Notes under the pieces: generated by a model | Databases searched by the model: none | Told to the model about the DNA's origin: nothing | The model's input: only the letters and a program-made list of their open reading frames with translations | Program-made: the position numbers and the translations under genes | In this document: piece by piece, positions 45,873 through 54,516 of the stretch | How the letters are laid out: every line of letters starts with the position of its first letter | Position numbering within the stretch: position 1 is the stretch's first letter | From: Deltaproteobacteria bacterium RBG_13_43_22 | GTDB taxonomy: Bacteria; Desulfobacterota; RBG-13-43-22 | Length of the DNA stretch: 64,000 nucleotides | Direction: 5' to 3' | NCBI GenBank assembly: GCA_001797675.1 | Contig: MGQB01000018.1 | Span: 30,495 to 94,494 of the forward strand

Positions 45873-47063
45873 TTATAGCTCTCGAAGAACCTTTTCTAGC
45901 CGATCCATCCCTTTTTCAATTTGCATCAGGGACGTGGCATAGGAAAAGCGGACACAGCTCTCTTCCCCAAAGGCCGCCCCGGGTACCACGGCAATCAGGG
46001 CTTTTTCCAACAGGTAATCGGCTAAATCCAAAGAATTCTTTAATATCCGATCCCCAGCTTTTCGTCCGTAATAGCTTGAGAAAGCTGGAAATATATAGAA
46101 TGCCCCCTGGGGAAGGGTCGTTTTCACACCCGGCAGGGCCTTCAACCTCTCGGCGATATAGACCCTTCGGCGATCAAACTCAATCACCATTTGTTTAACA
46201 AAGTCCTGAGGACCCATTAAGGCCGCCACACTCGCTTTTTGAGCAATGGAGGTCGGATTGGAAGTGCTGTGGCTTTGTATCATATCTATGGCTTTAATTA
46301 TTTCAGCCGGTCCCGCCAGATAGCCGATTCGCCAGCCGGTCATGGCATAGGTCTTGGAGGCCCCGTTCACGATAATGGTCCTCTCTTTGAACCGGGAATC
46401 GAGCATGGCCAAATTGGAAAAAGATTGATTGTCAAAAAGTATTTTGTCGTAGATGTCGTCGCTGACCACAGTCAAGTCTTTTTCTAAGATCACCTTTCCC
46501 AAAGCCTCTAATTCTTTCCTCGAATAGACCGATCCGGTTGGATTGGAGGGACTGTTCAAGATGATCGCCCTCGTCCGGGCGGTAACCGCCGACTTCAGTT
46601 CTTCAGGGGTTAATTTAAAGCCGTTTTCCTCTTGAGTGGGAACAATGATCGGGTTGGCCCCGGCCAGGAGGATCATGGGCGGATAGGAAACCCAGTAAGG
46701 GGCCGGAACGATCACATCATCCCCGGGTCCCCACAAAGCCTGGGCAATGTTATAGAGGGCATGCTTCCCTCCACAGGTCACCACGACTTCATTGGCCTTA
46801 TAATCCAATCCCAGATCTTCTTTAAACCGAAACACAACGGCTTCTTTGAGCTCATCGATTCCGCTGACCGGCGTATATTTGGTAAAGCCTTCCCGAAGGG
46901 CCTGAATAGCGGCTTCCTTAATGTGTTCCGGTGTGTCAAAATCAGGTTCTCCGACCCCGAAACTGACGATATCCAGGCCGGATTTTTTCATGGCCTTGGC
47001 CTTGGCATCGACCGCCAAGGTCAGGGATGGCTTGATCTGTCCAATCCGCTCCGCTATTTTCAT
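45873..47063 (-). CDS. Class I pyridoxal-phosphate aminotransferase (aspartate aminotransferase-like)
   Basis: PLP-Lys region SKTYAMTGWRIGY. The start is at the internal ATG with a GAGGAGG RBS; the ORF extends to 47096. Confidence 0.88.
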   Translation of the reverse strand: MKIAERIGQIKPSLTLAVDAKAKAMKKSGLDIVSFGVGEPDFDTPEHIKEAAIQALREGFTKYTPVSGIDELKEAVVFRFKEDLGLDYKANEVVVTCGGKHALYNIAQALWGPGDDVIVPAPYWVSYPPMILLAGANPIIVPTQEENGFKLTPEELKSAVTARTRAIILNSPSNPTGSVYSRKELEALGKVILEKDLTVVSDDIYDKILFDNQSFSNLAMLDSRFKERTIIVNGASKTYAMTGWRIGYLAGPAEIIKAIDMIQSHSTSNPTSIAQKASVAALMGPQDFVKQMVIEFDRRRVYIAERLKALPGVKTTLPQGAFYIFPAFSSYYGRKAGDRILKNSLDLADYLLEKALIAVVPGAAFGEESCVRFSYATSLMQIEKGMDRLEKVLREL

Positions 47064-47091
47064 ATTCACATCCTCCTCAAAAAAAACTGTT

Positions 47092-47282
47092 TTCACCGCC
47101 GAGACGCTGAGACCGCAAAGAAGTTAATTTATCGATAGCCGATGAGAGGTCGGCAATCGATAACCTTCGCTACCCTCCGGGTAATTAGTTGGCCGGAGGC
47201 CAGAGCTGTTTTATTCAATCCCGCCTCTCACGGGATTGAACAATAATGATTCTCTCTGCGTTCTTTGCGTCTTTGCGGTGAA
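47092..47282. repeat. Roughly 190-bp inverted-repeat-flanked (MITE-like) element, copy 1 (homologous to 58678-58865)
   Basis: Arms ttcaccgccgagacgctgagaccgcaaagaag / ctctctgcgttctttgcgtctttgcggtgaa. Internal ttggccggaggccagag and hairpin caatcccgcctctcacgggattg are shared with copy 2. Confidence 0.7.
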
Positions 47283-48029
47283 CAAAAATTTTTTCAAATG
47301 AATAAAAAATTCCCGGTTTCCCTTGGCCCCTTGAATCGGGGATTCAATGGTTCCCAAGACCGAAAAACCAATTTCATTACAAAAATGGATCAAATTTTCA
47401 ACCACGGTCTTCCGGTCCTCATCATTTCGCACCACCCCCCCCTTTCCCACTTTCCCCTTCCCAACTTCAAATTGGGGTTTAATCAGGGCCACGATTTCCC
47501 CCTGGTCCTTCAGGATGGGGACCAAAGGGGGAATAATCAATTTCAACGAAATAAATGAGGTGTCTATCACGATGAAATCCGCCGGTTCTCCAATGTCGGT
47601 CGGGGTCAGAAATCGGGCATTCTTTCTTTCCATGACCTTTACCCGGGGATCCTGACGGATCTCCCAGGCCAATTGGCCATAGCCCACATCGATGGCATAA
47701 ACCCGTTTGATCCCTCTTAAAAGCAGACAGTGACTGAATCCCCCGGTGGAGGCCCCGATGTCCAAGGCGATCCGGTCTTTGACTTCGATCCGAAAACTCT
47801 CCAAGGCCTTTTCTAGTTTGACTCCCCCGCGGCTTACATAAGGGTGTTCCGCTTGCCTTACCTCAACCGGGAGATTGGAATCCACCGTCTTACCCGGTTT
47901 GGCGATAGGAATCTGGTTGACTCGCACCATCCCGGAATAAATCAAAGCCCGGGCCTTCTCCTGAGAAGAGGCCAAACCCTTTTCCAGTAATAGCCGATCC
48001 AATCGAATCTTAGGATTTTTCGCAACCAT
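47211..48029 (-). CDS. tlyA: TlyA-family rRNA (cytidine-2'-O)-methyltransferase
   Basis: S4 domain followed by the FtsJ-like SAM motif DIGASTGGF. The last roughly 25 codons (..FTAKTQRTQRESLLFNPVRGGIE) are encoded by the repeat at 47092-47282. Confidence 0.85.
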   Translation of the reverse strand: MVAKNPKIRLDRLLLEKGLASSQEKARALIYSGMVRVNQIPIAKPGKTVDSNLPVEVRQAEHPYVSRGGVKLEKALESFRIEVKDRIALDIGASTGGFSHCLLLRGIKRVYAIDVGYGQLAWEIRQDPRVKVMERKNARFLTPTDIGEPADFIVIDTSFISLKLIIPPLVPILKDQGEIVALIKPQFEVGKGKVGKGGVVRNDEDRKTVVENLIHFCNEIGFSVLGTIESPIQGAKGNREFFIHLKKFLFTAKTQRTQRESLLFNPVRGGIE

Positions 48030-49938
48030 GAAGTTCTTCCGTCATGACCTTATAAATTCCTTCCGCATCCAGCCCGTACAGATTCCGTATCTTTTTGGAA
48101 GGACCTTGTTCTACAAAACTATCGGGGATACCTATGGAGCGGACCCGTATGCCCTGGGTCTGAAACTGATGGAGCTTCTCCATGACCCCACTCCCCAAGC
48201 CCCCCTGGGTCATGTTCTCTTCCACGGTGATGATAACGGAAAACTTCTGGGATATCTCGGTCAACAGCCCTTCATCCATGGGTTTTAAAAAACGGGCATT
48301 GACCACCATCGCTGATCTTCCTTGTAAGGCCAGCCGTTCAGCCGCTTCCATGGCCGGATAAACCGTATTCCCGATTGCCAGGATGACCAGATCCTCCCCT
48401 TCTTTTACAATCTCCCATTTCCCCAGGGAAATCATCTGAACCTCTTCACTGATGGTCACCCCTATTCCGACCCCTCTGGGGTAACGAATCACCACCGGAC
48501 GGTTATAGGTCATGGCGGAAAAAAGCATGGCCCGTAATTCCCCTTCGTCCTTTGGGGCCATGATCACCAGATTGGGCAAGGCCCGCAGGAAAGAAAGATC
48601 AAAAAGACCTTGATGCGTTGGCCCGTCCTCACCGACAATCCCGGCACGATCCAGGGCGAAGATGACCGGAATATTCGGGAGACAAACATCCAGCAGGATT
48701 TGATCGTAGGCCCTTTGGATAAAGGTGGAATAGATGGCCACAACGGGTTTTAGACCCTCCAAAGCCAATCCGGCGGCAAAGGTTACGGCATGCTGTTCAG
48801 CAATTCCCACATCATAAAAACGTTGAGGAAATCTTTGGGCAAAGAGGTTTAATCCGGTGCCTTCGGGCATGGCCGCGGTAATAGCCACCACTCCCGGATG
48901 TTTTTCTGCCAGGGCCACCATGGTTTTTCCGAACACTTCGGTATAAGTGGGAAACTCAGACGGCTTCTTTAAACTCGGATCATCGGCTTCGAGATCAAAA
49001 GGACCAACGCCATGGAAATAGCTGGGGTTTTTTTCCGCCGGTAAATACCCCATGCCTTTGGTGGTCAAAACATGAACCAGAACCGGGGCCTGGATATGGC
49101 GGATATTTTCGAAAGTGGCGATCAGGTCCTCCACCCGGTGGCCTCGTACCGGTCCCACATAATCAAAGTGTAAAGCGGCAAAAAGCATCCCCGGAGTAAA
49201 AAACCCGGTAAATGAATCTTCACTTTTTTTGGCCCACTGAACCAGATTCTCCCCAATACCCGGGATGGATTTGAAAAATGACTCCATTTCCCTTTTGAAC
49301 TGCACAAATCCTTTTCCGGTCAGGCGTTTGCTTAAAAAAGAAGAAAGGGCCCCCACATTCGGCGAAATGGACATCTCGTTGTCGTTCAAGACCACGATCA
49401 GATCCTTGTTAAGATGTCCGGCCTGGTTCAGTCCTTCAAAAGCTTCTCCCGCGGTCATAGATCCATCGCCGATAACGGCTATGATTTTGGAAGGTTCCTT
49501 TTTTAATTCCTTGGCCGCCGCGATCCCCAATCCGACCGAAATGGAGTTTCCGCTGTGACCGGTATCAAAAATATCATGGGGGCTTTCCTGCCGCTTGGGA
49601 AAACCGCTTAACCCCCCAAAAGTCCTCAGGGTAGGAAATTGATCTTTTCTACCGGTCAGGATTTTATGGGTATAGGACTGATGCCCGACATCCCAAATTA
49701 TCTTATCTTCGGGGCTCTTAAATACATAATGGAGGGCAATGGTCAATTCAACCACCCCCAGGTTGGGAGCCAGATGGCCTCCATTTTTTGAAACGGTTTC
49801 TATAATCAGTTTCCGAACTTCTTCAGCCAACTGCTTCAGCTGGGGCATGGACAGGGATTTCAGGTCATTGGGACCTAAAATAGTATCCAAAAGGGAAGTC
49901 CGGTTTTCTTCGATGTTGATTTTTATTTTTTGATCCAT
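48010..49938 (-). CDS. dxs: 1-deoxy-D-xylulose-5-phosphate synthase
   Basis: 642 aa with TPP motif GDGSMTAGEAFEGLN and a transketolase-like middle and C-terminal domain. Confidence 0.92.
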   Translation of the reverse strand: MDQKIKINIEENRTSLLDTILGPNDLKSLSMPQLKQLAEEVRKLIIETVSKNGGHLAPNLGVVELTIALHYVFKSPEDKIIWDVGHQSYTHKILTGRKDQFPTLRTFGGLSGFPKRQESPHDIFDTGHSGNSISVGLGIAAAKELKKEPSKIIAVIGDGSMTAGEAFEGLNQAGHLNKDLIVVLNDNEMSISPNVGALSSFLSKRLTGKGFVQFKREMESFFKSIPGIGENLVQWAKKSEDSFTGFFTPGMLFAALHFDYVGPVRGHRVEDLIATFENIRHIQAPVLVHVLTTKGMGYLPAEKNPSYFHGVGPFDLEADDPSLKKPSEFPTYTEVFGKTMVALAEKHPGVVAITAAMPEGTGLNLFAQRFPQRFYDVGIAEQHAVTFAAGLALEGLKPVVAIYSTFIQRAYDQILLDVCLPNIPVIFALDRAGIVGEDGPTHQGLFDLSFLRALPNLVIMAPKDEGELRAMLFSAMTYNRPVVIRYPRGVGIGVTISEEVQMISLGKWEIVKEGEDLVILAIGNTVYPAMEAAERLALQGRSAMVVNARFLKPMDEGLLTEISQKFSVIITVEENMTQGGLGSGVMEKLHQFQTQGIRVRSIGIPDSFVEQGPSKKIRNLYGLDAEGIYKVMTEELHGCEKS

Positions 49939-49961
49939 ATTTGATCTATCACAATTGAATC

Positions 49962-50138
49962 AAATTCGAATTTCGAAGCACGAAACTCGAAACAAATCTA
50001 AAATTCAAAAACCACATTGTCTAATTATCCCCGATCGTTCACACAACTCCCTTAGCAAGGAGAGAGAAAAGGTGGGGGTGGTTTTGGATTTTGATCATTT
50101 GAATTTGTTTCGAATTTGGAGTTTCGGATTTCGGATTT
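49962..50138. repeat. Heptamer-word hairpin repeat (cgaaat/ccgaaa family) with a roughly 65-nt unique core
   Basis: Left arm AAATTCG AATTTCG AAGCACG AAACTCG AAACAAA TCTAAAA TTCAAAA. The right arm is its imperfect complement, ending gtttcggatttcggattt. Confidence 0.75.
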
Positions 50139-50182
50139 AACTTGACCTCTCATTTTTTTCATTTTGGTTCGTTTGGAAAAAT

Positions 50183-51079
50183 TCACCTGTCTCTGGAAAG
50201 GATATAAGTCCCTATTTCAATCAATGACTGCCCCCTTTTACCGAAAATCCGGATATCTCGCTTGGCTTCATCCAATAATTTATTCCCCAGGATTTTGGAT
50301 GGTTCCACCCCTATCAATACCGGAAAAGTGGCCTTGGCCTTTTCTTCATCCGTCCCTGTTTTTTTTCCCATGATCTTGGCCTGCCCTTCCACATTCAATA
50401 AATCGTCTTTGATCTGGAAGGCCAGACCGATTTTCTCTCCAAATTTTTTTAAAGCTCGGATTTCTCCGGGTGATCCCTCTCCTATCAGCCCTCCGCAGAC
50501 CAAAGAAGCCTTAATCAAGGCCCCGGTTTTATGGTTGTGGATATATCTTAACCAGGCCATAGAAACCTTTTTATTCTCGGCCTCCAGATCGGCTTCCTGC
50601 CCGGCCACCATACCCTGGATGCCGGCCGCTCCGGCAATCTCCCGGATCACTTTAATTCGGATCTGGGCCGGAACCTTCTTCATGACCTCCTTACGACTCA
50701 GCAAAGAAAAGGCTTCGGTCAGCAAGGCATCACCGGCCAGGATAGCCGTGGCCTCACCGAATTTTTTATGACAACTCAGTCGCCCTCTTCGATAATCATC
50801 ATTATCCAAAGCCGGGAGATCATCATGAATAAGCGAATAAGTGTGGATATATTCCAAAGCACAGGCCGCAGGCAAGGCCTTGTTCACTCCCCCTCCCACA
50901 GCCTTGCAGGCCATCAAACACAAAATCGGCCGGATCCGCTTACCTCCGGCAAATAAACTGTATTCCATGGCCTTTCGGATCCTATGGACATGCCTATCTG
51001 GAGGCGGGAAATAGGACCTGAGCGTCCCATCGACCAATTCCTGAAATTTCTTAAGCTCGATAACCGGCGTATTAACCAA
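50183..51079 (-). CDS. ispA: (2E,6E)-farnesyl diphosphate synthase (polyprenyl synthetase)
   Basis: First DDxxD-type motif LIHDDLPALDNDDYRRG and second motif FQIKDDLLN. The start is placed at TTG 51079, 1 nt after the xseB stop; the track ORF extends to 51217. Confidence 0.85.
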   Translation of the reverse strand: MVNTPVIELKKFQELVDGTLRSYFPPPDRHVHRIRKAMEYSLFAGGKRIRPILCLMACKAVGGGVNKALPAACALEYIHTYSLIHDDLPALDNDDYRRGRLSCHKKFGEATAILAGDALLTEAFSLLSRKEVMKKVPAQIRIKVIREIAGAAGIQGMVAGQEADLEAENKKVSMAWLRYIHNHKTGALIKASLVCGGLIGEGSPGEIRALKKFGEKIGLAFQIKDDLLNVEGQAKIMGKKTGTDEEKAKATFPVLIGVEPSKILGNKLLDEAKRDIRIFGKRGQSLIEIGTYILSRDR

Positions 51080-51080
51080 C

Positions 51081-51350
51081 TTAATCCTTTTCCTCTTCAA
51101 AGGGAAAGGGCTGGGGCTGCAAACTCCCATCTTCGGATTTAAGGAGAATCTCCACCCTTTTTTGGATCTCGGCCAGTCGTTCGGAACAGATTCGGGAAAG
51201 CCGCATCCCTTCCTCAAACAGTTTCATGGAATCTTCCAAAGAAAGGTCGCCGCCTTCTAATTTACTAACGATCGTTTCTAATTTTTTGAAGGTGTCTTCA
51301 AATCGCTCCTTGGACAAAAGAACCTTCCTCCTTTTTTCTGGTCTGCTCAA
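51081..51350 (-). CDS. xseB: Exodeoxyribonuclease VII small subunit
   Basis: FEDTFKKLETIVSKLEGGDLSLEDSMKLFEEG is typical of XseB. The start is ambiguous because the ORF overlaps the xseA 3' end. Confidence 0.8.
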   Translation of the reverse strand: MSRPEKRRKVLLSKERFEDTFKKLETIVSKLEGGDLSLEDSMKLFEEGMRLSRICSERLAEIQKRVEILLKSEDGSLQPQPFPFEEEKD

Positions 51351-52668
51351 CCAAACAATCCATTTCCCCGTGAGCTATGAACACCCGAATCTCCTGACCG
51401 GGATGGGCGTCCTCCACTTTTTTTACCAAACTTAATTCCGGCAAGGTCCGAACCAGGGCATAACCCCGATCCAGGACCCCCCAGGGGCTCAAGGCCTGAA
51501 GGGTTTTATTCTGAGACTTCAGAACCATCTGGGTTTGTTCCAGTCTTCTGCTCATCAGTCCTTTTATTTTAAGTTTTTGTATTTCCAGACGGTTGTTTCC
51601 GGCCAGGATCTTATCCTGGGGGTTCCTTATCAATAATTTTTCCTGAATCCAACCCAGCGTATCCAGTTTTTTCCCCAGGACCCCTCGAAGGGCCAAGCGA
51701 AGACGGATACCATAGTCATCCAGTCGCAAGAAAAGATCAATCAAACGTCGGCGGGGATCTCCGATTCGTTTCTGAAAATGAAACAGTTTTTCTTCATAAA
51801 GATCTGTTTTTTGAAGGACCTGCTGAACCAGACGATCCCGGAGCTCCCTGATTCGGGATTCCCATTCCGCCTGAGGTTGAATCAATAACTCGGCTGCCGC
51901 CGAAGGGGTTGAGGCCCTTAAATCAGCCGTAAAATCGGCGATGGTAAAATCCACTTCGTGCCCGATGGCTGATAGAACAGGAATGGAAGAAGCGGCAATG
52001 GCCCGGGCCACCCGTTCTTCATTGAAAGGCCAAAGGTCTTCAAGGGAGCCTCCCCCCCGAGCCAAAACAATGACCTCTATCCCTAAAGAAGACCGGTTCA
52101 GATCTCTGATGGCTTCCTCAATTTCGAAAGAGGCGGCCTCTCCTTGAACCAAAACCGGGTAGATATAAACTCGAATGTTTCGGAAGCGGCGATATAGTAT
52201 CCTCAAAAAATCCTGAATCACGGCCCCGGTCGGAGAGGTGACCACTGCCACTCGCCCAGGCAAAAGGGGCATCGGTTTCTTTCGGCCCGGGTCGAACAAG
52301 CCTTCTTTGAATAACCGTTCCTTTAACTTTTCAAAGGCCAGTTGAAGGGCCCCCCAACCCTTCAGTTCCATTCTTTCGATGATAATTTGGTATTCCCCCC
52401 GGCCGGCATAGACACTTAGACGGCCGAAACAGAGAACTTGAAGCCCGTTTTCGGGCCTGAAGGAAAGTCCCGACTGCCCGGATTTAAAAAAAACAGCCCG
52501 TATCTGACTCGCTGCATCTTTCAAGGTAAAATAGCAATGCCCGCTGGGAGGAATCCGAAAATTGGAGATCTCCCCTTCCAGCCAGAGGAAGGGAAATTCT
52601 TCTTCCAACAGGTCTTTTATCTCCTCGGTCAGCCGGGTAACGGTATAAATTTTTTCCGGAAAATCCAT
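51298..52668 (-). CDS. xseA: Exodeoxyribonuclease VII large subunit
   Basis: 456 aa with an N-terminal OB-fold (VWLEGEISN-like FLWLEGEISNF), then a catalytic domain and a long helical C-terminus. Confidence 0.9.
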   Translation of the reverse strand: MDFPEKIYTVTRLTEEIKDLLEEEFPFLWLEGEISNFRIPPSGHCYFTLKDAASQIRAVFFKSGQSGLSFRPENGLQVLCFGRLSVYAGRGEYQIIIERMELKGWGALQLAFEKLKERLFKEGLFDPGRKKPMPLLPGRVAVVTSPTGAVIQDFLRILYRRFRNIRVYIYPVLVQGEAASFEIEEAIRDLNRSSLGIEVIVLARGGGSLEDLWPFNEERVARAIAASSIPVLSAIGHEVDFTIADFTADLRASTPSAAAELLIQPQAEWESRIRELRDRLVQQVLQKTDLYEEKLFHFQKRIGDPRRRLIDLFLRLDDYGIRLRLALRGVLGKKLDTLGWIQEKLLIRNPQDKILAGNNRLEIQKLKIKGLMSRRLEQTQMVLKSQNKTLQALSPWGVLDRGYALVRTLPELSLVKKVEDAHPGQEIRVFIAHGEMDCLVEQTRKKEEGSFVQGAI

Positions 52669-52963
52669 ATGGTTATCATTTTAAAGGAAAATTGTTTTTT
52701 TAGCAAGGATTTTTGATATTCCAAGTTTCCTATTATACTTTAACTGAACCGGTCAGAAGTCGAAAATCATTTTTCCGGGTCATTTCGGGAAAGCCGGAAT
52801 CCAGCATTTTTAAGTAATCAATAATCTTCCGGGGCAAGCTTGGTGACGATTATTTACGAGTTCATTAAGAATTAATGAGTCATCGAAAGTAACTTGATTT
52901 TCACTCCCTTCCTATGAGAAAATCCCGAATCTGAAATATAACTTTTTTTATAGTGAGGTTTCC

Positions 52964-53860
52964 ATGACCGGGCTTCGTTCAATCGGAAAATTTCAATATC
53001 GGACACCGAATTCATTAACCGAAGTGCTGAAGATTTTGGAAATGCCGACCCTTGCCGGCAAGATTCTTTCCGGGGGTACCGACCTGATTTTGCAAATGAA
53101 ACAGGGGCTTTTAAGTCCTTCGCTGATAATCGATGTAAAGCAAGTCCCCGAACTGAATAGACTGGAGTGGGACCCACAAAGGGGGTTACGTCTCGGCGCC
53201 GCAGTGCCCCTCAGCAGACTGCTGGCCTTCACCGAGCTGCCCAAGGAATTCAGTCTGCTGTTACAGGCGTGCTCCCTTATAGGGTCCATGCAGATAAAAA
53301 ACCGAGGCACCGTCGGGGGAAATATTTGTAACGCCGCCCCTTCGGCAGATTCGGCCCCTCCATTATTGTGTTTGGGAGCCAGGGTCATTTTGGCCTCCAG
53401 CCAGGTCACCCGCACCATGACCCTGGATGACTTCTTCCTGGCACCGGGAAAGACCGCTTTAGCCGAACATGAACTCCTCTTGGAAATAGAAGTCCCGATG
53501 CCCCCCGCTCCTTCGGCCGGTTGTTACTTAAGACATACCGCCAGAGAAGAAATGGATATCGCCGTTGCCGGAGTGGCCGCTTTTTTAACCTTATCTTCGA
53601 AAAATGGGCAATTGCAGTCCGCTCGAATCGCCCTTGGGGCCGTGGCGCCTACCCCTATCAGGGCCTATGGGGCGGAAGCGACTCTGGTCGGCAAAGCGGT
53701 AACGCCGGAACTGATTGAACAGGCCGCTGAACGGGCTGCCGGGGAAGCGGACCCGATTTCGGATTTGCGCGGTTCTTCGGAATATCGACGGGAATTAGTG
53801 CGGGTACTCACCCGAAGAGCCTTGAGGAGTGCGTGTAAAGAACTCGGTATTAAGGTTTAG
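52964..53860 (+). CDS. Molybdenum hydroxylase FAD-binding (medium, CoxM/XdhB-like) subunit
   Basis: 298 aa with GGTDL and TVGGNICNA FAD-binding motifs. Confidence 0.85.
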   Translation: MTGLRSIGKFQYRTPNSLTEVLKILEMPTLAGKILSGGTDLILQMKQGLLSPSLIIDVKQVPELNRLEWDPQRGLRLGAAVPLSRLLAFTELPKEFSLLLQACSLIGSMQIKNRGTVGGNICNAAPSADSAPPLLCLGARVILASSQVTRTMTLDDFFLAPGKTALAEHELLLEIEVPMPPAPSAGCYLRHTAREEMDIAVAGVAAFLTLSSKNGQLQSARIALGAVAPTPIRAYGAEATLVGKAVTPELIEQAAERAAGEADPISDLRGSSEYRRELVRVLTRRALRSACKELGIKV

Positions 53861-53920
53861 GATAAAAGATCAAATTCTTACATGGTTAAGTCTGAGAATT
53901 TATCTTTGACTTTAATTTTT

Positions 53921-54001
53921 GTTACGGGTTACGGGTTGCGGGTTTAGAAATCGAAATCCTTTCTCTAAAAAACTCGCAACTCGTAACCCGCAACTTGCAA
54001 C
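53921..54001. repeat. Heptamer-word hairpin repeat (gttacgg/ccgtaac family)
   Basis: GTTACGG GTTACGG GTTGCGG GTT ... AACTCG CAACTCG TAACCCG CAACTTG CAAC. Confidence 0.7.
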
Positions 54002-54048
54002 AGAATAAGTTCAAATATCTTTGGTCAGCTTTAAGGAGCGGAAGAACC

Positions 54049-54516
54049 ATGAAAATCAATGTCAATGGTCGGGATTACAAGATCGCCGCCAAGCCGTGGC
54101 GCACCTTATTGGAGGTGCTTCGTTATGAACTGGGATTCACCGGAACCAAAGAAGGCTGCGGCACCGGAAGCTGCGGTTCCTGCACGGTTCTCATGGACGG
54201 CAAGGCGGTCAACGCCTGCCTGGTCTTTATTGCCGAGGCCAAGGGGAAAGCCATCACCACGATTGAAGGATTATCCCGGGAAGGAAAACTCCATCCGCTG
54301 CAGCAGGCCTTCATCGATGAAGGTGCGGTGCAATGCGGTTTTTGCACTCCGGGAGTGATTCTTACGGCCAAAGCCTTTCTGGATTCCAATCCGCAGCCTT
54401 CCGAATCTCAAATAAGAGAAGCCATTGCCGGTAATCTCTGCCGTTGCACCGGCTATGATAAGATCGTACGGGCCATCATGAACGCTGCTCAGGCAGCAGA
54501 TAAAGGGAGAGTCTAA
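54049..54516 (+). CDS. Molybdenum hydroxylase [2Fe-2S] (small, CoxS-like) subunit
   Basis: 155 aa from the ATG preceded by AAGGAG, with CGTGSCGSCT and CGFCTPG...CRCTGY. Confidence 0.85.
   Translation: MKINVNGRDYKIAAKPWRTLLEVLRYELGFTGTKEGCGTGSCGSCTVLMDGKAVNACLVFIAEAKGKAITTIEGLSREGKLHPLQQAFIDEGAVQCGFCTPGVILTAKAFLDSNPQPSESQIREAIAGNLCRCTGYDKIVRAIMNAAQAADKGRV

Noticed and set aside
51080-51217. N-terminal 46-codon extension of the ispA ORF
   Set aside because: The extension overlaps xseB in another frame and encodes low-complexity sequence. A TTG start 1 nt after the xseB stop gives a normal-length IspA.
53995-54048. Upstream extension of the [2Fe-2S] subunit ORF, and likewise 23595-23696 for the ferredoxin subunit
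   Set aside because: The extensions run into repeat elements and lack an RBS. The internal ATGs are preceded by AAGGAG or fit the conserved N-termini.
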